Shown here: piece after piece, positions 16,136-24,000 of the stretch
Numbering within the stretch: position 1 is the first letter of the stretch
How the letters are laid out: every line of letters starts with the position of its first letter
DNA from: Sulfurimonas sp.
GTDB lineage: Bacteria; Campylobacterota; Campylobacteria; Campylobacterales; Sulfurimonadaceae
Direction of reading: 5' to 3'
DNA: 24,000 nt
Assembly: GCF_047622445.1 (NCBI RefSeq)
Contig: NZ_JBLHOE010000003.1
Location: forward strand, 1,683 to 25,682
The notes under the pieces: model-generated
Told to the model about the DNA's origin: nothing
Databases searched by the model: none
What the model saw: only the letters and a program-made list of their open reading frames with translations
Translations under genes and position numbers: made by a program

Positions 16136-18687
16136 GATAACTCCCTTAAAACTTTTACAATCATATCTTTAAGCTGATCAGCAAAAAAAGCGAAGCCATT
16201 AAACTGCAAAATTTGTTTGTCAATTTTAATACCATACATTTTTAGTCTCTGAGTAAAAGCTCCATCTGCATTGTTCTCGACAACTATTATATGTTTATAA
16301 TTTCTAAGAAAGTTCAGATGTTCAGGGTTTAGTGGATGTATCCATGTAAAATGAACCTGAGTTAAGTGAGAATCATCAATCATCTTCAAGGCTTCAGAAA
16401 TAGCACCCTGCGTGGATCCCCAGCCAATAACTGCAATATCTCCATCTCCATAACATTTTGGAGGGATAGCTTCTTCTATTAATGCTGTTTCTTTTTTTGA
16501 ACGTTTTAAGGCCATTTGTACTCGTTTGTTATAATCTTCAGTGATTTGACTTCTTTCATCATGTTCATGACCCTCTGAACAGACAAGTCCTATACCAAAA
16601 CCTGGAATTCCTCTCGGACTTACACCATTATCTAAATCTATATACCGTTTATATGTGTCTTTTGTTTTTGTAATGTAACGGCGTTGCTCATAGGATGCAA
16701 AATCAACATCTTCAATCATTGACATAGAATCAGCTAAATACTGATCAGTTAAAAATATAACAGGCAACTGGTATCTGTCTGCTAACTCAAAGGCAAGGTA
16801 GGCATAATCAATACATTCTTTAAGATTACCTGGTGCTAACAAGATTCTTTGAAATGCTCCATGACCTGAATGAAGTGCTAAATTTAAATCACCTTGTTCT
16901 GTTCGCGTAGGCATCCCGGTTGCTGGACCTGGTCTTTGAGCAAGATATATTACAGCTGGTGTCTCACTCATACCTGAGAGACTTAAAGCTTCACTCATCA
17001 GAGCAAATCCACCCCCAGATGTAGTTGTTAAAGCACGTGCTCCGCCATACCATGCTCCAAGCACCATATGTAAAGATGCTATTTCGTCTTCACTTTGTTC
17101 TACTACTATGTCAAATTCTTTTGACATGGATGCCATAAAGTTTAAGACACCGGTAGAAGGTGACATTGGATAAGAAGCGACAAAGTTACATCCTCCTGTT
17201 AAAAAACCAAATCCAGATGCTGTTGTTCCATCCATCAGGTGAAGTTTAGAAACTTCTTCTTTAGACACTCTTGGAATCTTGGGTAAGGTTGAACTATCTA
17301 GTTTCATTCCTGTTTGAAGGCCGATTTTAACTGCCTCAACATTTTTTTTATCTTCAGTAAAATACTTAGTTACACTTTCCAATAAAGGTTCTGCTTCAAT
17401 GTTAAGTAATCCAAAAATCACACCACTAATATAGGTATTAGCATAACGTGGGTTACCAAGCTTTTTAACTGTTTCTTTTATAGCAATAGAGGTAGAATTT
17501 TTATCCCTTGATATCTCATCTGCTAAAATAAGTGTCAAGCTTGTACATCTATTTTCTGCATGTTTTAAAGCTAGATTATCTATGGCAATAAATATATCTA
17601 CATCCCAGCACGCCGCTTTAATAGGGCAATCAGAGATGCGAATTAGTATAGTATTACTTCCACCGCGAACCCTTGACATATACTCCTTGCTAGAGAATAC
17701 ATAATATCCAGCATTTTTCAAAGAATTATTTAGGATTTTTTCTAGAGTTTCAATTCCTGTACCTGCCGCTCCTCCGATGAGTATAGAAATACTTGTGGAT
17801 TTATTGTCATTATCTTTTTCTTTCTCTATTGATAGTTTTACGGGCTTTAAAGTGGATTCAGATAGAAAAGGAAGGTCAAATTTTTTGGCAATTGGAAGTT
17901 TGCCTACAATAGGTTTTATAGAATTAACTGTTTTGCTAACAACCTCTTCTTCTTCTTCTTCTTCTTCTTCTTCTTTGTAATTAGATTTATCTCCCCAGGT
18001 TATTTTACCTCCGTAGTACCCAAGTATGATGACATTTATACCTGTAACTAGGACTATGAAGTGGTAGGTAATACCTAGCGCAGATAGATCATAAACAACA
18101 TTTGGATTTGTTACGTAAATCATAATTCCGATTATTCCAAGTAAGAGTGTTATCAATGAAACAATGATTTTTATAATAAAGGGGCGAGCTTTTGAAAGGT
18201 TATAATTAATCCACCAGCTTAAAAGGCCTGTTATCATAGCCAAAAGTCCTAAGACAGTGGCGACAAAAAAAGTATAATATACTGGGAGAGCATAAGCCTC
18301 TTTTGGATTAAAAAAGAATAATATGTCTAATACAGCTGCAAAAATATGTAAGACTATTGGAAAGTGAGATACCATTGGATGAGGATGGTATTTTTTATAC
18401 CAGACTCTAAGTCTCTCTTTTAAAAGTTTTTTTGATTCTTTGTTAGTATGAGTTAAAGTCTTTTCTTCTTCAAAGACTGCGACAACTGGAAATTTTTCAA
18501 AAACATCATCCCCATGCGGTGCATTTTCCATCATAGGGGTTAAGTCCAATCCAGCATTATGCATACCTTCGTGCTCTCCATTTTTCCATAGACTACTCGA
18601 AGTTACATCGTATACCTTCCCTTTATAAGCAATATACGCTTTCTTGCCATTGCGACCGTTGTGTACGCTAAGTTCATCTTTTGTCAT
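16132..18687 (-). CDS. Fusion protein: cytochrome-b5-like heme/steroid-binding domain, 4-TM DUF2231-like module, poly-Glu linker, and 2-oxoacid:ferredoxin oxidoreductase gamma and alpha domains
   Basis: I prefer the ATG at comp. 18687, with AGGA 6 nt upstream. The track starts at GTG 18726. Track residues 14-85 read ELSVHNGRNGKKAYIAYKGKVYDVTSSSLWKNGEH..MHNAGLDLT...APHG (COG4892-like). Residues 112-240 hold HPHPMVSHFPIVLHI plus four hydrophobic helices. Residues 252-261 are E10. Residues 311-480 hold the gamma motif ILIGGAAGTGIE...SRVRGGSN. Residues 495-864 hold the alpha motifs YPMSPST, EDEIASL and TTTSGGGFALMSE. Confidence 0.85.
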   Translation of the reverse strand: MTKDELSVHNGRNGKKAYIAYKGKVYDVTSSSLWKNGEHEGMHNAGLDLTPMMENAPHGDDVFEKFPVVAVFEEEKTLTHTNKESKKLLKERLRVWYKKYHPHPMVSHFPIVLHIFAAVLDILFFFNPKEAYALPVYYTFFVATVLGLLAMITGLLSWWINYNLSKARPFIIKIIVSLITLLLGIIGIMIYVTNPNVVYDLSALGITYHFIVLVTGINVIILGYYGGKITWGDKSNYKEEEEEEEEEEVVSKTVNSIKPIVGKLPIAKKFDLPFLSESTLKPVKLSIEKEKDNDNKSTSISILIGGAAGTGIETLEKILNNSLKNAGYYVFSSKEYMSRVRGGSNTILIRISDCPIKAACWDVDIFIAIDNLALKHAENRCTSLTLILADEISRDKNSTSIAIKETVKKLGNPRYANTYISGVIFGLLNIEAEPLLESVTKYFTEDKKNVEAVKIGLQTGMKLDSSTLPKIPRVSKEEVSKLHLMDGTTASGFGFLTGGCNFVASYPMSPSTGVLNFMASMSKEFDIVVEQSEDEIASLHMVLGAWYGGARALTTTSGGGFALMSEALSLSGMSETPAVIYLAQRPGPATGMPTRTEQGDLNLALHSGHGAFQRILLAPGNLKECIDYAYLAFELADRYQLPVIFLTDQYLADSMSMIEDVDFASYEQRRYITKTKDTYKRYIDLDNGVSPRGIPGFGIGLVCSEGHEHDERSQITEDYNKRVQMALKRSKKETALIEEAIPPKCYGDGDIAVIGWGSTQGAISEALKMIDDSHLTQVHFTWIHPLNPEHLNFLRNYKHIIVVENNADGAFTQRLKMYGIKIDKQILQFNGFAFFADQLKDMIVKVLRELS
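17944..17973 (-). repeat. Trinucleotide repeat (GAA)9GAG encoding Glu10 in the linker of the fusion protein
   Basis: The plus strand reads CTC(TTC)9 at 17944-17973. It is a perfect microsatellite inside the coding sequence. Confidence 0.95.
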
Positions 18688-18885
18688 AATTAATCCTATA
18701 AAGTTAGGTTTGCTTGTACTATGCACAGAATAAATATGGTCCTAAGCTGGTGTTAATTTAAATATTTTTTCCTGAAATATAATATATTCTTATTATATTT
18801 TAGCTTATGAAAATAAAAAAGTATCAAAATAAAACATATTAGATTAAAGATGTAAGAATAATTTTTAAATATCTCATAAAAATCT

Positions 18886-18894
18886 TGCTACAAT
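18886..18894 (+). promoter_or_regulatory. Extended -10-like element TGcTACAAT immediately upstream of the lipoprotein gene
   Basis: TGCTACAAT ends 6 nt before ATG 18901, and no Shine-Dalgarno is visible in between. This is compatible with a leaderless or very short-leader transcript. The call is speculative. Confidence 0.2.
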
Positions 18895-18900
18895 TCAATT

Positions 18901-19368
18901 ATGAAATATATTTTAATGATTCTCATGCTTTTTTTGAGTGCTTGTAGTATAAAAAATTATGAAAAAACACAGGCAAAAATAATTATTATAAAATCTTTGA
19001 AAATTAAGTTTGCAGATATCGGATACCTGAGAAGTACTGATAAAGCGATAGAACTTGAGATGTTTATTGCTGGTCATGCAGTACAAAAAATACAGATTAA
19101 CCATCTTATCTGTGTAAAAGAGGGCTGTATGAGTAAGGGTGGATTTAATGAGGATTATCTTCATCATTCATATCCAGATGATATACTACAAAATATATTA
19201 TTAGGGCATGAGATTTATGATGGAAAGTCAAAATCTAAGACAGACTCAGGTTTTGAGCAAAAGATAGTAAATGACGATGTAGATATAAAATATAGAGTAA
19301 ATGATAAAGAGATTTTCTTTAAAGATTCAAAAAATAAAATAATTTTTAAAATCAAGGATACCAAGTAG
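18901..19368 (+). CDS. Hypothetical lipoprotein
   Basis: 155 aa. The signal peptide with lipobox is MKYILMILMLFLSAC-S (L-S-A-C). I recognize no family for the mature part. Confidence 0.65.
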   Translation: MKYILMILMLFLSACSIKNYEKTQAKIIIIKSLKIKFADIGYLRSTDKAIELEMFIAGHAVQKIQINHLICVKEGCMSKGGFNEDYLHHSYPDDILQNILLGHEIYDGKSKSKTDSGFEQKIVNDDVDIKYRVNDKEIFFKDSKNKIIFKIKDTK

Positions 19369-20262
19369 ATGAAAGAACATACTAAATTTGTTGGAGCACA
19401 TACGAGTGCAAGTGGTGGAGTTTTTAATGCAGTTAATAACGCAAATGAGATTGGAGCTAAAGCTTTTGCTTTGTTTACAAAAAATCAAAAAAGATGGGAT
19501 GCAAAGCCATTTGATGCAAAAACTTTAGATACTTGGTTTGATGTTTTAGAAAAAAGTGGAATTCAACCTAAACATATACTTCCTCATGATTCTTATCTCA
19601 TAAATCTTGGAAATCCTGATGCAGAGAAATTAGAAAAAAGTAGAGTTGCTTTCATAGATGAACTGGAACGTTGTGAGACACTTGGTCTTGATAGATTGAA
19701 TTTTCACCCAGGAAGTCATTTAGTAAAATTTAAAGCAGCAGAAAAAAGAGACCCCGATTTTGTACAAAAAATAGAAAATGAATGTTTAGACCTTATAGCT
19801 GAATCAATAAATTACGCACTAGATAAAACTACTAATGTAAAAGCGGTGATAGAAAATACAGCGGGTCAAGGAACAAACCTTGGATATAAATTTGAGCACT
19901 TAGCATATATAATTGATAGAATTGAAGATAAATCCCGTGTAGGTGTTTGTATTGATACATGTCATATGTTTACAGCGGGATACGATATAAGAACTCGTGA
20001 AACTTATGACAAAACATGGAGTGATTTCGAATTAATAGTTGGTTCAAAATATTTAATGGGCATGCATATAAACGATTCTAAGCCACCGCTTGGAAGTCGT
20101 GTAGATAGACATCATTCACTTGGTTGTGGTGAAATAGGGCTTGATGCTTTTAGATTTATTATGAATGATTCTAGAATGGATGATATTCCACTTGTGTTAG
20201 AAACAATTGATGAGAGTATTTGGAAAGAAGAGATTGAGTTACTTTACTCATTTGTAAAATAA
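19369..20262 (+). CDS. nfo: Deoxyribonuclease IV (endonuclease IV, AP endonuclease)
   Basis: 297 aa, collinear with E. coli Nfo as I remember it: [75 protein letters not shown] and PLVLET. Confidence 0.92.
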   Translation: MKEHTKFVGAHTSASGGVFNAVNNANEIGAKAFALFTKNQKRWDAKPFDAKTLDTWFDVLEKSGIQPKHILPHDSYLINLGNPDAEKLEKSRVAFIDELERCETLGLDRLNFHPGSHLVKFKAAEKRDPDFVQKIENECLDLIAESINYALDKTTNVKAVIENTAGQGTNLGYKFEHLAYIIDRIEDKSRVGVCIDTCHMFTAGYDIRTRETYDKTWSDFELIVGSKYLMGMHINDSKPPLGSRVDRHHSLGCGEIGLDAFRFIMNDSRMDDIPLVLETIDESIWKEEIELLYSFVK

Positions 20263-20278
20263 AAGGCAAAAGAAAAGA

Positions 20279-22012
20279 ATGAAAAGTTTAGTAAATTTTA
20301 TCTCTGCGCAAGATATAGAAAAGTCTGTAATCTTCGAACATTTAAAATGTTCGAAAACAGAAGCAAATATACTTCAGGATTTAGCTAAAAAATATATGAC
20401 TGGTGAAGATGATGTATTAGTGTTAGATATTTTACAAGATTTATTTCCAAGTGACAAATACGAATATCTTGATAATTTATCGGAGATTAAAGAACTTTTA
20501 GAACTGGGTTGGTTACATCAACAAAGTTTTACACCGATTAAAATTTCTGAGGTAGCATCCATAGAGCTTCTCAATACATCAGTGGGACTTTCGTCATCAT
20601 TTTTGAAACTATTAGAAATGGGTACCTTAGAATCTGATTTACCAGATATTAAACCTTATGGCGATCACTTAGAGTATTTACAAGATCAATTTTTTAGAAT
20701 TGAGTTATACCAAAAGATGAGTACGATTCGTCAAAATGTTCATGAGCATTCATTGGGTATAGATAGAACACAAAATAAGCTGAATTTACTTGAAAAACGT
20801 ATTGAAGAGAGAGTAGAACAAACATCTGAAAAACTCGTTTTAGATAAATTTTTTAAACAAAAAAAGATGGAACTAAAAGAACAGGTAATTTTTATAGCAC
20901 TTTTACGTGAAGAATATAGCGCAACAGATACTTCTCTGCGTGAAATGAATGCTCTTATAGAACTCATTTCACTTGATGAATATGAAAGAATTAAAAACCG
21001 TTCTCTTCTTGAAGATGGATCAAATTTAATCAATGCTGGCATTATTGATTATGAAGAGATGTTAAATCCTTTTGGTGGAATATCACGTGCTTTTTACATT
21101 GTTGATGAGGTACTCCAAAGTATAATTCACCCACAAAAGAATAAAAAAGTAAGACGTTTAAAGCTCAATGCTCTCATTGATGAACAAGATATTTTTGAAC
21201 TCATAGAACCTGATACATCTCTTGATGATGTAGTTTTAAACGAAAAAACTGAGGAAACACTAGAAAACCTCATGAGACAAATGGACAAAGAAGTAGTCGC
21301 GCGTTTAGTGGAGTGGGGAATTAAAGACAAAAAGAGTGGAATAGATGCGAGAATCATTTTTTATGGTGCAGCTGGGACTGGTAAGACTATGACAGCATAT
21401 TCACTCGCTAAATCACTTAAACGTCAGGTTTTAGCTTTTGATTGTTCAAAAATTCTTTCTATGTATGTTGGTGAAAGTGAAAAAAATGTACGTAAAATCT
21501 TTGATACCTTTTATGATCTAAGTGAGAAGACGAAATCCGAACCGATACTTTTACTTAATGAAGCAGACCAATTTTTAGGTTCTCGTTCAAGTGGAAATAT
21601 TACAGGTTCAGATCAAATGCACAACCAGATGCAAAATATTTTTCTAGAGCAAATCGAAAACTTCAAAGGTATGCTGATAGCTACAACAAATTTACTTGAA
21701 AATATTGATAAAGCATTTTCTAGAAGATTTAATTATAAGATAGAATTTAAAAAACCAAATGAACAACAAAGAATTGAGCTTTGGGAAATGATGCTTCCAG
21801 CAGATGCACCATATGATAAAGATATAGATATACCCGCACTTGCAAAGTACTCTTTAACAGGTGGTCAAATTAATTTAATTGTAAAAAATACAGCATATAA
21901 AGTTGCAGTAAGTGAAAAACCAATTTTTTATCAAAAAGATTTTATTAATGAAATAAATAGAGAAAAAGATGGTAACTTTGACAGTGAAAAATCAATGGGT
22001 TTTTTAAAGTAA
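20279..22012 (+). CDS. AAA+ family ATPase (classical AAA, SpoVK/COG0464-like) with a ~340-aa uncharacterized N-terminal region
   Basis: 577 aa. Walker A is IIFYGAAGTGKT, Walker B is ILLLNEADQF, and the SRH region is IATTNLLENIDKAFSRRFNYKIEF. The N-terminal two-thirds is helical and acidic, with no motif I recognize. Confidence 0.8.
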   Translation: MKSLVNFISAQDIEKSVIFEHLKCSKTEANILQDLAKKYMTGEDDVLVLDILQDLFPSDKYEYLDNLSEIKELLELGWLHQQSFTPIKISEVASIELLNTSVGLSSSFLKLLEMGTLESDLPDIKPYGDHLEYLQDQFFRIELYQKMSTIRQNVHEHSLGIDRTQNKLNLLEKRIEERVEQTSEKLVLDKFFKQKKMELKEQVIFIALLREEYSATDTSLREMNALIELISLDEYERIKNRSLLEDGSNLINAGIIDYEEMLNPFGGISRAFYIVDEVLQSIIHPQKNKKVRRLKLNALIDEQDIFELIEPDTSLDDVVLNEKTEETLENLMRQMDKEVVARLVEWGIKDKKSGIDARIIFYGAAGTGKTMTAYSLAKSLKRQVLAFDCSKILSMYVGESEKNVRKIFDTFYDLSEKTKSEPILLLNEADQFLGSRSSGNITGSDQMHNQMQNIFLEQIENFKGMLIATTNLLENIDKAFSRRFNYKIEFKKPNEQQRIELWEMMLPADAPYDKDIDIPALAKYSLTGGQINLIVKNTAYKVAVSEKPIFYQKDFINEINREKDGNFDSEKSMGFLK

Positions 22013-22115
22013 TAAGTGTGTAAATGTTCTAATTGATGAATATTTATACAGGTAGAAATCAATTTTTGTCCTTAAGTGTGTAATAATCCCACATATAAAG
22101 AATAAAGGATTTTCT

Positions 22116-22364
22116 ATGAAAAGTAATATATTGAAATTAGTCGTAATATCGGGTCTTTTCGTAACACTTCAAGCTTCGAGTGATGGAAGCTATTTTAAAA
22201 AAGTACAAAAAGAAAGAGATCGAATTTCTGACAAGAGAGACTTAAAAGCAGAAGCTAGAAGATGGAATAATGATTTTGACAAGATGCTAAATAGACGTGC
22301 ATTTATAGATAAATCTCGTGAAATTAGAACCTCAATACGAAAAGAGGTTCAGAGAATATTTTAA
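22116..22364 (+). CDS. Small secreted basic protein, hypothetical
   Basis: 82 aa with an AAAGGA RBS. The signal peptide is MKSNILKLVVISGLFVTLQA-SS. The mature part is highly charged and helical-looking. Confidence 0.5.
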   Translation: MKSNILKLVVISGLFVTLQASSDGSYFKKVQKERDRISDKRDLKAEARRWNNDFDKMLNRRAFIDKSREIRTSIRKEVQRIF

Positions 22365-22370
22365 AACAAT

Positions 22371-22406
22371 GCTATATAAAATATTGTTCTAAATATTTTA
22401 TATAGC
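22371..22406. terminator. Perfect 14-bp inverted repeat GCTATATAAAATAT-N8-ATATTTTATATAGC just after the small secreted-protein gene
   Basis: Seen directly, starting 7 nt after the stop codon. The stem is entirely AT-rich and no U-tract follows. It may be a weak terminator or a protein-binding palindrome. Confidence 0.35.
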
Positions 22407-22633
22407 AACTTCTTCCTTAAAAAAAACAGTGTGTAAATTAGTGACACTAGTACCTCGTTTTATCTCCTAAATTTCTTTTTTTTAAAGCACTTTTAGTTAT
22501 AGTGCAAGTAACTGTTTTTTCTTACATACCCTAAAACAGATCTAAGCTCCTAGTTAAGGTCTGCATATGTATGAAAACAAATATAAAAAGAACTTGATTC
22601 CAGGGGTTTAGTTCTTATAAAAAGGTAGGTTAT

Positions 22634-23023
22634 ATGGATCATATTGCTACAGCAAATCCGTATTTTGGTGTATTTGTACTGTTCGTAATCACATTTGGTG
22701 CATTTTATGCAACAACTGTATTGGCGCGTTTAGCATCTCGTGCATTAGCTGCAAAAGATAGCGAAAAAATTAAATTATCGGTTTACGAATGTGGACCAGA
22801 AGTAACAAGACAACCAAATAGAATTTCGCCACAGTTTTATCTGTTCGCACTTTTATTTTTACTCTTTGATGTTGAAATCGTGTTTATGTTCCCATGGGCA
22901 GTAGATTTTAAACTTTTAGGATGGTTTGGTTTTGCTGAGATGTTAATGTTTATATTATTATTAACTATCGGTTTTGTATACGCATGGAAAAAAGGAGCAC
23001 TTGAATGGCACAACATAAAGTAA
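22634..23023 (+). CDS. nuoA: NADH-quinone oxidoreductase subunit A
   Basis: 129 aa with three TM segments. [17 protein letters not shown] and the C-terminal KKGALEW are NuoA/ND3 signatures. AAAAGGTAGG RBS. Confidence 0.9.
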   Translation: MDHIATANPYFGVFVLFVITFGAFYATTVLARLASRALAAKDSEKIKLSVYECGPEVTRQPNRISPQFYLFALLFLLFDVEIVFMFPWAVDFKLLGWFGFAEMLMFILLLTIGFVYAWKKGALEWHNIK

Positions 23024-23514
23024 ATTATTCACAAGATGGTGGACTTCCAGTTGCACTAACAAGTATAGATAAAATCGTAAACTGGGGTCGTTCAAATTCA
23101 ATTTGGGCTCTTACTTATGGTCTTGCTTGTTGTGGTATTGAGATGATGGCTTCTGGAGCTTCAAGATTTGACTTTGACCGGTATGGTACGATTTTTCGTG
23201 CTTCACCACGTCAAGCAGATGTTATGATAGTTGCTGGAACACTTACAAAAAAACACGCTGAGTTTATTAAGCGTTTATATGATCAAATGACTGAGCCTAG
23301 ATGGGTTATTTCAATGGGTTCATGTGCAAATACTGGTGGTATGTTTAATACATATGCAACTGTTCAAGGTTGTGACAGAATTATCCCTGTTGATTTATAT
23401 CTTCCAGGTTGTGCACCTCGTCCTGAAACGCTTCAGTATGGTGTAATGCTATTACAGAAAAAAATCCGTGCTAATCATGCTTCTAAAGCGCAAAAAGCAA
23501 AAAGGTTAATGTAA
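23005..23514 (+). CDS. nuoB: NADH-quinone oxidoreductase subunit B
   Basis: 169 aa. [29 protein letters not shown] and PGCAPRPE carry the N2 cluster cysteines. It overlaps nuoA by 19 nt. Confidence 0.92.
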   Translation: MAQHKVNYSQDGGLPVALTSIDKIVNWGRSNSIWALTYGLACCGIEMMASGASRFDFDRYGTIFRASPRQADVMIVAGTLTKKHAEFIKRLYDQMTEPRWVISMGSCANTGGMFNTYATVQGCDRIIPVDLYLPGCAPRPETLQYGVMLLQKKIRANHASKAQKAKRLM

Positions 23515-24000
23515 TGAGAGCGTATAAGCCTAAAGATAATGTGCAAGCAAAAGCATACTATACAGATAGATTTTACGTGTCTCCTCAGGTTCCTCGCCAA
23601 GATGCTGCTAGTGATGAAGTTTTTGCTAAAGATTTAGAAGCAATATCGTCTAAGTTTACAGTAAATGATTCTTACATAGAAGTGGGGCAAATGGTAATTT
23701 ATATCAATGCTTCTGATATCTATGGCGTACTTGAACTTATGAGAGATGAATTAACGTATACGCAACTCACTGAAATGAGTGCAATAGACTGGATAGCAAA
23801 AGATAACACTTTTGAAATCTTTTACCAAATGTTAAGTATGACAAAGCGCAAGCGTATTCGTATTAAATATTCTATTAGAAATGGTCAAGCTGTTGATTCT
23901 GTAGAAAAACTTTTCAGATCAGCTGATTGGTCAGAGCGTGAAATGTTTGACATGTTTGGAATCGAAGCTAATAACCATCCATTTATGAAAAGAATTCTTA
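23514..24000 (+). CDS. nuoC: NADH-quinone oxidoreductase subunit C (partial, runs off the window end)
   Basis: Absent from the track because there is no stop in the window. ATG 23514 overlaps the nuoB stop (TAATG). It reads [10 protein letters not shown]...LTEMSAIDW...FEIFYQMLSMTKRKRIRIK...SADWSEREMFDMFGI.....HP..KRIL, the typical NuoC 30-kDa subunit core. Confidence 0.85.
   Translation, partial: MRAYKPKDNVQAKAYYTDRFYVSPQVPRQDAASDEVFAKDLEAISSKFTVNDSYIEVGQMVIYINASDIYGVLELMRDELTYTQLTEMSAIDWIAKDNTFEIFYQMLSMTKRKRIRIKYSIRNGQAVDSVEKLFRSADWSEREMFDMFGIEANNHPFMKRIL

Noticed and set aside
17777-17980. 67-aa plus-strand ORF ending in a poly-Ser run
   Set aside because: It is the antisense reading of the (GAA)n poly-Glu tract inside the oxidoreductase fusion gene, so it is an artefact of the repeat.
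18688-18726. GTG start at 18726, adding MHSTSKPNFIGLI to the oxidoreductase fusion protein
   Set aside because: The ATG at 18687 is preceded by AGGA at 6-nt spacing, and the b5-like domain starts there. I cannot exclude the GTG start, so the finding is reported over the full range.
1-24000. Scan for CRISPR arrays, rRNA/tRNA genes, IS elements, integrases or long terminal repeats
   Set aside because: By eye I found no regularly spaced repeats, no transposase or integrase-like ORF, and no cloverleaf-like GC-rich segment in the intergenic regions. A tRNAscan or Infernal run would be needed to exclude small RNAs, especially in 13385-13609, 14751-14927 and 22450-22633.

Overview
AT-rich bacterial chromosome window. 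The gene content and style (separate nuoA/B/C, fused hisIE, TAATG/ATGA-coupled genes) fit Campylobacterota, perhaps a Sulfurimonas-like organism, but I cannot verify this without a database search. Most of the window is housekeeping: ilvE, an SPFH/prohibitin protein, hisIE, a purF plus radical-SAM operon, nfo, an AAA+ ATPase and the start of the nuo operon. Four things stand out. (1) A two-gene 2-oxoacid:ferredoxin oxidoreductase operon (15290-18726, minus strand). Its large subunit carries an N-terminal cytochrome-b5-like domain, a 4-TM DUF2231-like module and a (GAA)9GAG poly-Glu linker fused to the gamma-alpha catalytic part. No delta/ferredoxin subunit gene is present. This is my best candidate for an undescribed system. 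(2) A visibly more AT-rich ~2 kb accessory islet (13329-15289). It holds a 119-codon in-frame remnant of a Type IIG restriction-modification enzyme, an apparently intact pair of a SieB-like membrane protein and a 74-aa protein, and a frameshifted small J-domain gene. (3) An RND efflux permease split into two overlapping ORFs at an A6 tract, with its own SD/ATG for the second half and a diverged duplicated junction motif. (4) A Y-family DNA polymerase with a ~45-aa insertion, co-transcribed with an ATPase-less DUF234/PD-(D/E)xK-like protein. I saw no rRNA, tRNA, CRISPR array, transposase or integrase. All family assignments come from motif recognition by eye and were not confirmed by any search.
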